A DNA stretch of 63,987 bases, filler included, from Craspedostauros australis (lineage: Eukaryota): NCBI GenBank assembly GCA_030167865.1. It is 9 parts of 9 records of this genome, joined end to end, with 100 filler letters (N's around TTAATTAATTAA, not from the genome) between each part and the next. Parts side by side here need not be neighbours in the genome. Positions count along the whole stretch, not along the records: positions 1 to 24,926 come from JALAGF010003733.1; 8 more parts are not named here. One strand, given 5' to 3'. Shown piece after piece: positions 1 to 11,307 of the stretch. Under the pieces are notes generated by a model, which did not search any database, was not told the origin of the DNA, and was given only the letters and a program-made list of their open reading frames with translations. The translations under genes were made by a program, and so were the position numbers. The stretch's first letter is position 1. Each line of letters starts with the position of its first letter.

Positions 1-1017
1 CCCTTTGCTTCCACTCCTTCCGCTGTTTCCACTCGACAGTATCATGAAAGTATTGCAATGATCGCAACAATCATGCGTCAATGATCACGCCCCTGTCCGC
101 TGCTTTTCCCTCGGGTCGTCCTAAATGGACGAGACTGCATACCATGCACCCAACCAAACCCAACACTTGTGATTGTGATATGTTACAATACTTGTACTCG
201 GTCGGTCTCCCGAATGGGCTTAAACACGGGTTCTGCAATAATAACACCAAGCCCATCCATCATGCACCATGCATCATGGACCACATTCCATCTGTTGCGT
301 GGGATCCATGGAAGCGCAGTCATGACAAATGGCAGCGTGTTGCTTGGACTTGCCTTCGCGGCTTCTTGGTAGATGGTCGTTTTCGACCCGTGGATTTGCC
401 TTGGATCGGCTGGTGTCGCGGCTTTCATGCCAGGCGCGTCTGTGTTGGGAGCATGGTACGAAGGATTTGCTGCGACCAAACATCTGTCTTCTCCTATGAG
501 TAGCTCGTAGAACTCTGACACAGGTAGAGCAACGCGGGGCATGAGCATGATTTGGTGTGGCAGTGCGGTCGACTAAAGATACATAAGGATTATTCTGCTC
601 TGCGGAATAGCAATCTCCAAACAGTTGTGTGCAGGTTGGTGCCTCGGTCAGCCATTTCCTCTTCGCAGAAAATGGCATCACCGAGAATTCCAGCGTTGCC
701 AGCAACCCCCGTCCTCCGTCCCCCGTCACCCTTTGTACAGTAAATATGTTGGTCATTCGTCGTCGTCATTGTTGTCGTTGCGGTGCATGTAGTTGTGTTT
801 CGTCCGCTTCGTGTGCATGTGCGTAAGCGTGTCTGTTTCGTCGTTCAATTCCTCCTTGTGCAAGTAGTTCGTTCACACAACGCGAAAGAAGACCGATCCT
901 CCGCACGATCAGAGGATCAGGGGTATCTCAGCAGCAGTCGCAGCTCCATGGTGTGGAGCTGATGGCCGCTGCGGTAAGTGTTCACGCATGCATGTACACG
1001 TTTCATTCGAAAGGAGT

Positions 1018-2400
1018 TTAGACTCCCTCGATGCGGTCCTCGACCTCGGCGTACAGCTCCTGCAGACGCTCGATGTTCTCGTCGGTGGTCTCCCAGTATC
1101 CACGACCGTTGGCCTCGAGGAAGGTGGTGACCATGTCACGGAATGCATTTGGGTTGGTATCCAGGAGACGCTGCTGCATCTCGGCATCCTCAATGAAGAC
1201 AGAGTTGGCGTCCTCGAAGACGAAGTTGTCGACCTCACCAGCGGTGGCGGACCATCCCATGGTGTTGCGGAGACGCTTCTGGATCTCGCGGACACCCTCG
1301 TAACCGGTTCCGAGCATACCCTCGTAGAACTTTGGATTGAGGAGCTTAGTGCGGGCATCGAGACGGACGGTCTCGGAGAGGGTGCGGACCTGAGCGTTGG
1401 CGGTGGTGGTGTCGGCCATGAGAGACATTGGCTTTCTGCCGTCGTCCTGGAGTCCCTGGACGACCTTGGTTGGATCGGAATCGTAGTAGTGGGACACGTC
1501 GGTGATGGAGATCTCGGACGAGTCCAAGTTCTGGAAGGTGACGTCGACGTTCTTGAGGGCGGACTTGAAGAGATCGGCCTGCTGCTCCATCATTCCTGGC
1601 TTGTCGGCGTTGAAGGCGAATCCCTTACGGGTGAGGAACTGCTCCTGGAGCTGACCCTCATCCTCCCATCCACGGTTCTCGATGGCGAGACCGACGTTGG
1701 CACTGTAGGATCCAGAAGAGTTGGAGAAGACGCGGGCGGCAGCATCGCGCAGAGAGACTCCGAGCTCCTCCGCCTGCTCGATGGCGTGCTTGCGGACGAA
1801 GTTCATCTCGAGTGGCTCGTCGGCCCGCTCGGCGACCATCTTGATACCACTGTGCATGAGGTTCATCTGATTGATGAAGAGATCGCGGAAGACACCGAAG
1901 TAGGAGACGACGACGTCGATACTTGGGCGACCAAGCTCCTCGAATGAGATGAGTTCGACCTTGTTGACGCGTCCGAGGGAGGCAGCAACTGGGGAAATAG
2001 ACATCAATGAAGGTGAGGAAATCAGCCAGGGACCTTCCGTCGGTCTTGATGTTGTCGGTTCCCCACAAGGTGAAGGCGATGCTCTCTGGGAACTGACCAT
2101 CCGTCGGTCGTTGTCGTCGGCGGGCTTCTCAAGAAGCTTGCGAATGACATCTTCAGACACCTTGACAGCGGCGGCGGTGGTTGGGATGGCAGATTGGTCG
2201 AGGGCGTGCATGTTGCGGCCGGTTGGGAACACTTCTGGATTGCGGATTGGGTCCCCGCCTGGAGTGGGCATGAGGAACTGTCCGATGAGGAGCTCCATGA
2301 TTCCTGGGAGCTCGTTGTTGGCGACAACCTCCTTGAGACAGAACTCCAGGTATGGCACTTGATGGCACTCTTGAGGCGCTCCTCCTTGATGTCTGGGAAT
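1018..2400 (-). pseudogene. chlH: Mg-chelatase subunit H, C-terminal ~450 aa only; 5' part degenerate with two compensating frameshifts
   Basis: Motifs [41 protein letters not shown] (shifted frame ~2105-1995), [45 protein letters not shown]-terminal EVEDRIEGV*. No N-terminal two-thirds before the ankyrin gene. Confidence 0.85.
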
Positions 2401-2441
2401 CCAGCTTGGAATCTCGAAACAGCGACAAGCCAGCGCGCAAG

Positions 2442-4262
2442 CTAATCTTGCAGGAGGGTGAAGCAAAAGAGCATGTCGGTGTTGAGGAAGCTAGTGTTTG
2501 CGTTGTCCTCGTCGGCGGCACGATCAGCCTCCGGGCTTTCGTACTTCCTGGTCATCATGTACTCGACGATCTTTACGTGGCTGTTCTTGGCGGCAAGGTC
2601 GACGGCAGCATCACCGGCAATGTTGGTGATGTCGATATCCACCCGTGGCGCGCCGGACTGCGTCAGCAATGTGACGATCTCCAGATTTCCGTCTTGACAT
2701 GCCTTGTGCAGAACCGTGTTGCCGTCGGCATCCTGGAGGTTGACGTTGATATCGGCGTGCTCCGATTCCATCATGTACTCGACCACGTCGCCATGGCCGC
2801 GTGCGCATGCCAGGAAGAAGGGCGTGTCGTTGTCGTTGTTCTTGATGTTGGTGCCGATTTGTATCTTTTTGGATTCGATGAGGTAGACGACCGCCATCCT
2901 CTGGCCGTGGTGGCAGGCGAGGTGTAGGGGAGTGTTGCCGTTGTTGTTCTGGAGGTTGATGCCGCTGTTGGCCTGGTCTGATCGAAGGAGGTACTCCACC
3001 ATCTGTGTTTGGCCGCTCATGCAGGCGATGTGGAGCGGCGTGTTGCCATCCATGTCCTGAATGTTGATGTCCACATCGGTTCGATCGAGTCCGAGCAAGT
3101 AGTCGACCACCTGCTCGTGCTTGCAGGCGCAGGCGAGATACACCGGTGTGTTGCCGTAGTTGTTCTTTCCGTTGAGGTCCACGGTGATGCGATCGGATTC
3201 GATGAGGCAGGCCACCAGAGCCTTGTGGCCGAAGCGACAGGCGAGGTGGAGCGGCGTGTTGCCGTCGTTGTCCGGGATGTTGACATCGACATCCACGTCG
3301 TCCGATTGGATGAGGTAGTTGACGACACCCACCTGCCCCTTGTTGCACGCGTCGTGCAAGGGCGTTTCGCCATCCTTGTCCTGGAGGTTGACATCGACGC
3401 TGACCCTGTCCGACTTGATGAGGTAGTCCACGATCCGGGTGTGGCCGTTGGCGCAGGCCAGATGAAGCATGATCTCGCCATGGTTGTTCAATGCGTTGAG
3501 ATCCATGGGAGAGCATTCGGATTCGATCATGGACTTGACCACGTCGCGGTGGCCGTAGCGGCATGCGAGATGCAACGGCGTGTTTCCATGATGGTTGCGC
3601 ACATCGGTGTTGACGGCGCATCTTCCCGACTCGAGCAGGTACGCGACGACTTCAGTCTCTCCGTTGAAGCAGGCCCCGTGCAACGGTGTCTCGCCATCGT
3701 TGTCGACGATGTTGGGGTCGACCTCCAGCTCATCCGTCTCGACGAGGTACTTGACGACGTGGATGTGGCCGTTTCCGCACGCGTCATGCAGCGGCGTGTC
3801 CCCGTCATTGTCCCGCATGTTGACGTTGGCGCTGGCGTTGGGTCTGTCCGCTTCGATCAGCCACTGGAGGATCTGCGTGTCCCCGCAGAAGCATGCCAGG
3901 TGGATGGGCGTCTTTCCGCTGTTGTTGCGCTGGTTCACCACGACGGGAGCGTCGCCGGATTCCAGCAGGTAGTGCACGACGGCTCTGTGGCCGTTGAGAC
4001 ATGCCAGATGGAAGGGCGTGTTGCCGCCGATGTCTTGGATGGAGATGTCCACGGAGTGGTTCTCGAGCTGGAGCAGGAACTCCACGACGTCCCTGTGGCC
4101 GCGCCAACATGCCAGGTAGAGAGGGGTGTGGCCGAGCTTGTTGCGCTGATTGATGTCGAACTCCGCATCGGCGTCAGCGTCGCGCGCCTCCAGGAAGGCA
4201 CGCACTTTCTGCAGATTGCCGGACCTGCAGGCGTCGTGGAGTGGGAACTTGGACGGTGCCAT
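2442..4262 (-). CDS. Ankyrin repeat protein (~15 repeats)
   Basis: Repeated [15 protein letters not shown] units; probable ATG at 4262 ([12 protein letters not shown]); the upstream ORF extension is simple repeat. Confidence 0.93.
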   Translation of the reverse strand: MAPSKFPLHDACRSGNLQKVRAFLEARDADADAEFDINQRNKLGHTPLYLACWRGHRDVVEFLLQLENHSVDISIQDIGGNTPFHLACLNGHRAVVHYLLESGDAPVVVNQRNNSGKTPIHLACFCGDTQILQWLIEADRPNASANVNMRDNDGDTPLHDACGNGHIHVVKYLVETDELEVDPNIVDNDGETPLHGACFNGETEVVAYLLESGRCAVNTDVRNHHGNTPLHLACRYGHRDVVKSMIESECSPMDLNALNNHGEIMLHLACANGHTRIVDYLIKSDRVSVDVNLQDKDGETPLHDACNKGQVGVVNYLIQSDDVDVDVNIPDNDGNTPLHLACRFGHKALVACLIESDRITVDLNGKNNYGNTPVYLACACKHEQVVDYLLGLDRTDVDINIQDMDGNTPLHIACMSGQTQMVEYLLRSDQANSGINLQNNNGNTPLHLACHHGQRMAVVYLIESKKIQIGTNIKNNDNDTPFFLACARGHGDVVEYMMESEHADINVNLQDADGNTVLHKACQDGNLEIVTLLTQSGAPRVDIDITNIAGDAAVDLAAKNSHVKIVEYMMTRKYESPEADRAADEDNANTSFLNTDMLFCFTLLQD

Positions 4263-5576
4263 GTTTGCTATGTTTGCTATGTTTGCTATGCTTGCCTGGG
4301 CTGTGGTAGTGGTGGTAGTGGTTGTGGTACGTGTAGTACGTGTGGTACGTGTGGTACGTGTAGTACGATCTCGTGCGTAGGTCGTATGTTCTGATTCTCC
4401 AATTCGATGGTATTCAGGAAACGCAAGGTGTGTGGAATGCAATGGAGTGCGAGAACAGGTATCACATGTGAGTAATAGTATCACATGTGAGTATCAGTGC
4501 GGCTAGAACGACAGTACACATGGAAAGGCAAGTGAGCGTGCGGCACACGCCCGATGTTGCTCCTGTGATGCAGATGCGATGCAGATGGTAACTGCTCTGC
4601 TCTGCTCCCATTTTCTCCTTTCCGTGGCTACTCCACTCCATCGCTCACTCCGGCCACAACTCGCACTCTAGAGATGTGCAGCCTTCGATGCGGAATACAC
4701 ACAACCCATGGTGGAGCGTCGTCAAGTTGTCGAGCAAAGGATTCCTTGTTTCTCATTCCGCTTTCAAAGGTGCAGGGGTTTGCAAGAGTACCCGTCCTCA
4801 CCTCAATTCGATGTTCTCGATGGTCTTAGCACAACGATGATTGATGACTGATGACTGATAGTGATGATTGATAGTGATGGCTTTGGAGGAGAGTGATGCT
4901 TCCTTGTGGACGAACATTACATTGTATTCCACAGAGAATAGCCGAAGATAATAGGATCTCAACAGGCGGAATGCGAGGATCTGATGCAGATGCGGGACGG
5001 AGAGTGGCGCGAAGAACAGTGAGAAAGAAGAAACGCTGGTGAGAATGTGCATCCGACACAATGACGCAACGCAACGCAGACCAACCCACCTTGGTGGCAT
5101 TGTCGACCGTTGAGATTTCCGTTGCCGCGGTTCTCCCTCTTCCTCACTTTCTTGTGTGTCAATCATTGTTTCCAAACCAATTGTTGTCTTAGCTCGGTCT
5201 GTCCGTATGTACGTATAGTGTGTGAAAGCGTTGCTAGAAACAGTCTAACACACAAGTGCAGGTTTTCAATTCAGAACAACAAACAGAATGATGAGCCATG
5301 CACAAAGGCACGCCATTACTCGAAAGGTAACCAGTTCTCGATTGCAGAGTCAAACATATGTACATGGTATAGGTATAGTAGAGAAGAACAGGAGTTGCAA
5401 GGCATGCTAATACCGCAGTAATTGCAGATTTCGAGGACCATGCTCTGTCTGCATTCGAGTCGTCGTACTCTCCTCCACTGCAAGTACTGTATTCTCGTCC
5501 AACGTTGATCATGACGGGGCTTCACGACCAACCATCGCATCACCCCCAGCCGCGCAGCATGCACAGCGTCGCGACC

Positions 5577-8500
5577 TCAACCTTCCACCTCTTGCGGTGC
5601 TGTTGCGTCGTTGGCAATTGGGACACTTTCACTGTTGCCAGGTTCTTCCTTCTTCTCGGCCTCAATTCCTTGTTCAGACTCGCCTTTACCGTTCACGTCC
5701 TCAACGGCAACCTCAACATCTGCGGCCGTCTCTTCTGTGGGGGACCCTTCCTTTGTTGCATCCTCGATGCCACCATCACTGGCAGCAACATCATTCTCAG
5801 CTTCATCGCCACTTGCGATTTCACCTGCATCCTGCGATTTCTCCGCCTGTGGTGCTGCCTCTTCCTCTTCTATTTGTTCATCTGTTGGCGTCGGCGTAGA
5901 CGATGGTGACGGGAGAGGATCGTCGGACAACGCCAACTCCGTTTCTTCGTCGGTCAGATTCATCGATTCCAACTCTGCCTGCAAGGACAAGAACACCTCG
6001 TGCAATTCGGCCGCCCGCTCGAAATCCTCGCGCGCTGCTGCAGCCTCCAGGGATTCCTCGGCCTCCTTCACACGTTTCATCAGCTCGCGGACCTTCGCAA
6101 TCTTCTCTTCACTCGACATCTCGGGCTTTGCGTCTGCCGGGGGTGACGATGCTGCAACACTACCGGCGGCATCCGCATTCGCATCCGCATCTCCATTTGC
6201 ATCATCTGCGCCTGCCCCTTCGCCAGTCTGCTCTTCATCTTCGGTCACAACAGGCGCAGCACTCGGTTCCGCTTCCTTCACGGAATCAGCTTTGGCAAGG
6301 CCATCATCGCCGCTCGGGCTCTCGGGTTCGGCGAACTCGGCCAGTACTTCCGCCCAGCCACCGTGTTTCTCACCCAACGCCTGTCCTTCTTCCAGCAGCA
6401 CCTCGATCTGCCCATCCAACACCATGCCACCCACTTGCTGGACGCTGTGTTGGGAAGCCGCCTCCTTACTCTCCGTATCGCCGGTGTTGCCGCTCGTCTT
6501 TGAGAGCAGCTGCTTCTTGATGTCGCGGACCTTGCGGATGCGCTTCGCGAGCTTTTTCATTTGATGCTTGCCTTGGATGGACTCCTGCTCCAGGGCGATC
6601 TGCTTGGCAGCATCGTATTCCCTCTGGCACACCTCCGAGGTGGCCTGCGCGTCGGACTTGCGAGTCGCAGCGGGACCAGCCAATTCTTCGGAAACCACCT
6701 TGCTGCGGGCGATGGCGTCGTTCATTTCCTTGGACGCCTTTCCAGCCGCCTTGAAATCACGGCGTGAGGCAGCGGCCTTTTTGTCGGCCTCCAGCTGCGG
6801 AATGCGCTGTAACAAGGTGCCATGTTCCGATTCCAAATCCGCAATGGTCCTGTTCGCCGCATCGAGCACCATCTTGGCCTCGTTAACCGCGGCCTCGCAC
6901 TTGACGACGTTTGCCTGCAACTCGGCCAGACCGGTTTGGCTGCTGCCTTGATCAGTATTCGATTCGCCGTCGGTACCGGCGCCCGTGCCATCCGTGGACT
7001 CCGCCGCCGTGGCAGCGCCCATTTCTTCGTCATCCTGCGTTTGGTTCCACAAATTGATGAACTTTTGGCACTGCGTCTGTTCTGAATCGATGGTGTCAAG
7101 GAGCTGCTCCTGTTCGAGGAGGGCCTTGGAGTGCGATTCAACTTGGACGTTGTGCGCATCCTTCTGGCGTTTCAACGAGGACGACTCGAGCTCCCACTCC
7201 GAACGGTTCTCCGCCACAGTGCGCTCCTTCTTCTCCACCCTGTTGAGCTGACGAGAGAACTTGACGCGGACCTTTGCGATTTGATCGTCGAAGCCGTACT
7301 TGGCGGTCCTGAGCTCGGTGGCCTTCTTCTGCGCATCATCGAGCTGCTTGCGAAGCTGCGTTATGAGATCCTCCGTGGCCTTGAGCTCGTTTGCGCAGTC
7401 CTCCTTCTGCTTTTCGAACTTTCCGGATTGTTCTGAGATGGTGTTTTCGAGTTCGTCGCGCTCCTCCTTGACGAGGTTCTCGTCTCTTTCGAGGTGCTTG
7501 AAGTCGTGCATGAGACGTTCCTCTTCGGCGGACAGCATCTTTGAGACCTCGGCGAACTTCTCTAGGGTGAGCTCTAGGTTGGTTGTGCCGGACTGGCTGC
7601 CATCCTTCTCGTTGTTTCTGAGGTCCTTGAGGTCGTCTGAGAGGGTGTCGAAGCAGGAGGAGACCGTCTTGACGACGGTGGATATCTTGGCTTGGACCTG
7701 CTCGAGCGCGCGTTCGGTTGATTTGAGGAGGGCGTTGATCTCTGCCTGCTCGGCCTGATGATTCTCCACGGCCTCCGAGAGCTGACCGGCCAGTTCGTAG
7801 TCCTCCTGCTCCGCGGCCACCTGGAGCTGCTGCTCTGCCTGCTGGATCTGCTGGTGACACAGCTGGTACTTGGCCATGGCGACGAAGCGCTCCTGCTGGA
7901 GCATGACCTGCTGAGATTTGGTGTTTTGGACCGCCGTCCATGCCTGCTGCACCTTGAGGGAGAACCTCCACTGGAGTTGCTCGAGCTTTTGCGATCCTTC
8001 GGATTTGGGAGCAGCGGTGGGTGTTCGGGTGGCAGCGCCAGCACCTGTGTTGGTAAAAGAAGCAGAAGCAGAAGCGGGGGCTCCCAATGTCGTTGGGAGA
8101 AGGACGGAACCAACAGTCGAAGGGGTGGTGGAGAGTGAGAATGATCCTGCAGTTTGGGTCGACGTGACCGAAGTGGTGGGTGCAGAGATGCCGAAGGATG
8201 ATAGCGACGGCAATGGTTTATTCTCCAATTTGGGCGGCTCCCACGAGGCGGAAGTGTTGGATTGAGCCAAGGACTGTGTCGATACTGCTGCTGCTGTTGT
8301 TGCTGCTGTTGTTGCTGGTGGTGCCGGTGTTGAGGTTGCTGCGGTTGAAATGGATTTGACATTGGAAGTCGTCGATGGAGCCGTGGCGGAAGCCCCCGCC
8401 TGCTGGGCAGTTCCTCCACCCCGGTCTTCGTTATGCTTGGTGACAGGATCGGTGGTTGTTGCTGCGCCTGGTGTTGCGCTGGATGGCTTGGCCGCGGGCT

Positions 8501-9743
8501 TCTGTCCCGCCTTGGTGGTATTGTTGGCATTAGCGTTGCCGTTTGCTCCTCCAAATGATTTGAAGAGCCCTCCCATGAACCTGTTCGATGAGGTTGCGGA
8601 GGACGTGGATGATTTGCGCGCCATCTGCGCCTTGGCTTCGACAGCAGCCCGTTCAGCTGCCGCGATGACCTCGTCCGTTGATGCCGTCGGTTGCAGACCA
8701 GGCGGCTGGAATCCAGATGAAGATGCTGTGGCGGTTGGCGCCGGCGTTGACGCTGCTGCTGATGCTGTGGAAGCCGACTCGACGGCCTTTTGTTGCATGA
8801 ACTCCTCTGCGCGACGGGCCGCATCCTCCGCAGCGTCGGCGGTGGAAACCTGGGACGACTCATGCGAAGCAGAGGCTGGCTCAGGTATGGAGGGAACAGA
8901 GGGAGTCGCTGCCACCGAAGGCGCAGACATGGCCGCACCGGCACCAACGCCAACACGCTTGACTCTGGTCTTTTTCTTCTTGACTCCTGCTGTGGTCCCA
9001 GGAACCGCCGCAAAGGTGATTCCAGCCCCAGCTGGCATCGCAGTTGGCATCGCAGCTGATGCAGTAGCTCCCGGTGCAGTTGCAGTTGCAGATGCAGATG
9101 AAGCTCCTGCCATGAAGGAGAAGCTGCTAGAGACGCTGCTTGCCTGCGATGCGACCTCGGCCTTCTCCAACAGAGCCGGCGTTGGTGCTTGTTCCATTGC
9201 TGGTGGTGCTGCTGCTGCATGGGCATCCGCAGGTGGTGGGGCTCCTCCTTGCAGGAAGCTGAAGCCAGAGCCTGATGTGGCCGTAGCAGCTGTAGCAGCT
9301 GCAGATGGTGCTGCAGATGATCCTTCCATTGAAGCTGGCGCAACGTTGGTGCTGGCGTCCGCAAGAGGGAGGGGAGGATTGGAAGGGGCAGCAGCATCCG
9401 GTGGTGCAGCAGTCATGAATGAGAATCCAGTCGCTCCGGTGGCTGGTGCACCAACAGTGGGAGCAGCCGTTGATGGAGGTGGAGCACCAGCACCAACAGC
9501 TGATACAGCAGGTGCTGAGTTGAGAAAGCCAAAGCCTGACGAAGGCGCTGCTGATGATGCTGATGCTGCTGCTGCTGGAGCGGCAGGAATGGATGAGTTG
9601 AGGAAGGAGAAGGAGCTGCCTGCAGGAGCCACGGCGGCGGCTGGCGGCTTCTGGACACCACCATCGCTGTGGGCGTTGCCGTTGGCATTGCCATTGGAGT
9701 TGCTGCCACCTCCTGATCCCTTCAGTTCCAACCCTCCGAACAT
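5577..9743 (-). CDS. Large coiled-coil protein with UvrB/UvrC (UVR)-like motifs and a disordered N-terminus
   Basis: 1388-aa ORF; UVR-like motifs AAEQEDYELAGQL, ASRRDFKAAGKA, AAREDFERAAEL; heptad-rich core; Ala/Ser/Pro N-terminus with repeated FxF[LM] motifs. Confidence 0.85.
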   Translation of the reverse strand: MFGGLELKGSGGGSNSNGNANGNAHSDGGVQKPPAAAVAPAGSSFSFLNSSIPAAPAAAASASSAAPSSGFGFLNSAPAVSAVGAGAPPPSTAAPTVGAPATGATGFSFMTAAPPDAAAPSNPPLPLADASTNVAPASMEGSSAAPSAAATAATATSGSGFSFLQGGAPPPADAHAAAAPPAMEQAPTPALLEKAEVASQASSVSSSFSFMAGASSASATATAPGATASAAMPTAMPAGAGITFAAVPGTTAGVKKKKTRVKRVGVGAGAAMSAPSVAATPSVPSIPEPASASHESSQVSTADAAEDAARRAEEFMQQKAVESASTASAAASTPAPTATASSSGFQPPGLQPTASTDEVIAAAERAAVEAKAQMARKSSTSSATSSNRFMGGLFKSFGGANGNANANNTTKAGQKPAAKPSSATPGAATTTDPVTKHNEDRGGGTAQQAGASATAPSTTSNVKSISTAATSTPAPPATTAATTAAAVSTQSLAQSNTSASWEPPKLENKPLPSLSSFGISAPTTSVTSTQTAGSFSLSTTPSTVGSVLLPTTLGAPASASASFTNTGAGAATRTPTAAPKSEGSQKLEQLQWRFSLKVQQAWTAVQNTKSQQVMLQQERFVAMAKYQLCHQQIQQAEQQLQVAAEQEDYELAGQLSEAVENHQAEQAEINALLKSTERALEQVQAKISTVVKTVSSCFDTLSDDLKDLRNNEKDGSQSGTTNLELTLEKFAEVSKMLSAEEERLMHDFKHLERDENLVKEERDELENTISEQSGKFEKQKEDCANELKATEDLITQLRKQLDDAQKKATELRTAKYGFDDQIAKVRVKFSRQLNRVEKKERTVAENRSEWELESSSLKRQKDAHNVQVESHSKALLEQEQLLDTIDSEQTQCQKFINLWNQTQDDEEMGAATAAESTDGTGAGTDGESNTDQGSSQTGLAELQANVVKCEAAVNEAKMVLDAANRTIADLESEHGTLLQRIPQLEADKKAAASRRDFKAAGKASKEMNDAIARSKVVSEELAGPAATRKSDAQATSEVCQREYDAAKQIALEQESIQGKHQMKKLAKRIRKVRDIKKQLLSKTSGNTGDTESKEAASQHSVQQVGGMVLDGQIEVLLEEGQALGEKHGGWAEVLAEFAEPESPSGDDGLAKADSVKEAEPSAAPVVTEDEEQTGEGAGADDANGDADANADAAGSVAASSPPADAKPEMSSEEKIAKVRELMKRVKEAEESLEAAAAREDFERAAELHEVFLSLQAELESMNLTDEETELALSDDPLPSPSSTPTPTDEQIEEEEAAPQAEKSQDAGEIASGDEAENDVAASDGGIEDATKEGSPTEETAADVEVAVEDVNGKGESEQGIEAEKKEEPGNSESVPIANDATAPQEVEG

Positions 9744-10268
9744 CGTGCCTCTCTCTCTCTCTCTCTTTGGCTTTGGCTTTCCTTGTCGTTCTACTTGTTG
9801 CTATCTCCACAGTTGTCGCTTTCTGTACGACCTATGGTGTTGTTGTTATTGCTATTGCTTGATGTTCAGAGCACATGCACGAGCGCATTCAATGGAATGT
9901 AATGGAATAGGTCGTAACGGTATGAATAGTAGTACATGTACCAGCAATGGCGCCATTGTCCACATCGCAGTGCGCGCGAAACCTCGTGTTACTGCTACCA
10001 CAACAACACGACACTGTGTCGTGCTTTCTTCCTTCCTCCCTCATCGTTGTTGTTGTTGTTGTTGTTGTTGTTGTTGGAGATTCGCCAAAACGAAGCCGCC
10101 AATGCTGGCAATTGAGGGTTATCTTGACGTTATCTCATGACTCACATGACTAGTGTGAGCCAATGGAAATCCGAGATTTTCAGTAGTCATTCGGTTTGAT
10201 CAAACGCTTCCAAAAGCGACATAAATAGTCCCAAATGGGGAAGCGGTGGACGAAAGAAGGAAGCGACA

Positions 10269-10985
10269 ATGACCGACGGCGTCACACCGACAACATCACA
10301 GATAAATGACATCCTTGCAAATAATCGCGTCAATACCGAGTTCGCAGATGGACACCGAGTTGGAACCCACGCAATTAAGCGTCGCGCACAAGGGAACGAG
10401 GCGACGAATGTGCGCGCATTCCTCCCAAACAAGTTGTTGTTCCACTCGGATGGATCACTGCGGACCTTCTTCGAGAAAATTGACGCGCAGAAGAGAAAAC
10501 GCGCGAAGCGCACACAAGGCAAAGAAGCGGGTCGTGCCGTGTTCACCACAGAGCAGAAACGGCGCCAACCGCCAAAACTCGAACACAAACAGATTGCAGA
10601 GAGAGTGGACCAGGAGCCGTGGAGGCACAAAGGACTAGTGGGCAACACAACTACACCACGATTGGCAGCCCCATTGCCGCTGCCACTCGACGACCAGCCG
10701 ACGACGAACACAACATCGACGGCCATAACATCAACAACATCAACAACTGTATCGACAGTATCGACAGCATCGACAACAGCATCAGTGGCGACAGCATATA
10801 GTCGAGAGACTCCTGAAGACGCGGCATCACCCTTTGCTGCTCCTCTCACCACAGAGCATCCATCACTGAGCACTATAGAGAGCACTACGACTATAGAGAG
10901 CACCGTAGCGGTCAGTGTCTTCAGACGAACGGAAGCACCCATCAAGTTATTGGGATCGTCATCTTGGGTTGGCCAACGTCTATGA
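10269..10985 (+). CDS. Hypothetical protein (basic N-half, Thr/Ser-rich C-half)
   Basis: 238-aa ATG-initiated ORF; no recognisable family. Confidence 0.3.
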   Translation: MTDGVTPTTSQINDILANNRVNTEFADGHRVGTHAIKRRAQGNEATNVRAFLPNKLLFHSDGSLRTFFEKIDAQKRKRAKRTQGKEAGRAVFTTEQKRRQPPKLEHKQIAERVDQEPWRHKGLVGNTTTPRLAAPLPLPLDDQPTTNTTSTAITSTTSTTVSTVSTASTTASVATAYSRETPEDAASPFAAPLTTEHPSLSTIESTTTIESTVAVSVFRRTEAPIKLLGSSSWVGQRL

Positions 10986-11118
10986 CGCCTTGCTCCAACG
11001 ACACTCTCTAGAGAGTATAACATCTTATTGAATATTATATTGAATATAATACAATACGATTGTGGAGGGAGAGTATTTGTGTTGAAAGCAGAGCATCAAA
11101 GGGTGGAGACCAGATACA

Positions 11119-11172
11119 CAACAATACACAACAACACACAACAACACACAACAACACACAACAACACACAAC
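11119..11172. repeat. (ACAACAC)n-type microsatellite
   Basis: Direct inspection; upstream of the DUF6824 gene. Confidence 0.8.
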
Positions 11173-11307
11173 GAGATTCACGAGATACAACAAGACGAAT
11201 CAAGAGGGAAACAATCAGCCGTTCCGACGTGTACTAGACATACCGTACATACAGTACATACCAAACAGACCCAAGCAAGTATTCTATTATACCAGCTATA
11301 ATATAAT

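Noticed and set aside
183..756. Degenerate SET-domain gene (GRGLLAT N-SET-like motif)
   Set aside because: One short motif only, frames broken, no NHSC/ELxxxY motifs visible.
988..4394. Long plus-strand ORFs 988..1947 and 3009..4394 (similarly 8350..10140, 7574..9397, 12499..13557, 55715..56692)
   Set aside because: Antisense or alternate-frame shadows of GC3-rich real genes; no independent motifs.
4960..5175. Small spliced minus-strand gene (intron-like GTGGGT...CATCAG)
   Set aside because: The spliced product would be very short with no recognisable motif; unsupported without RNA data.
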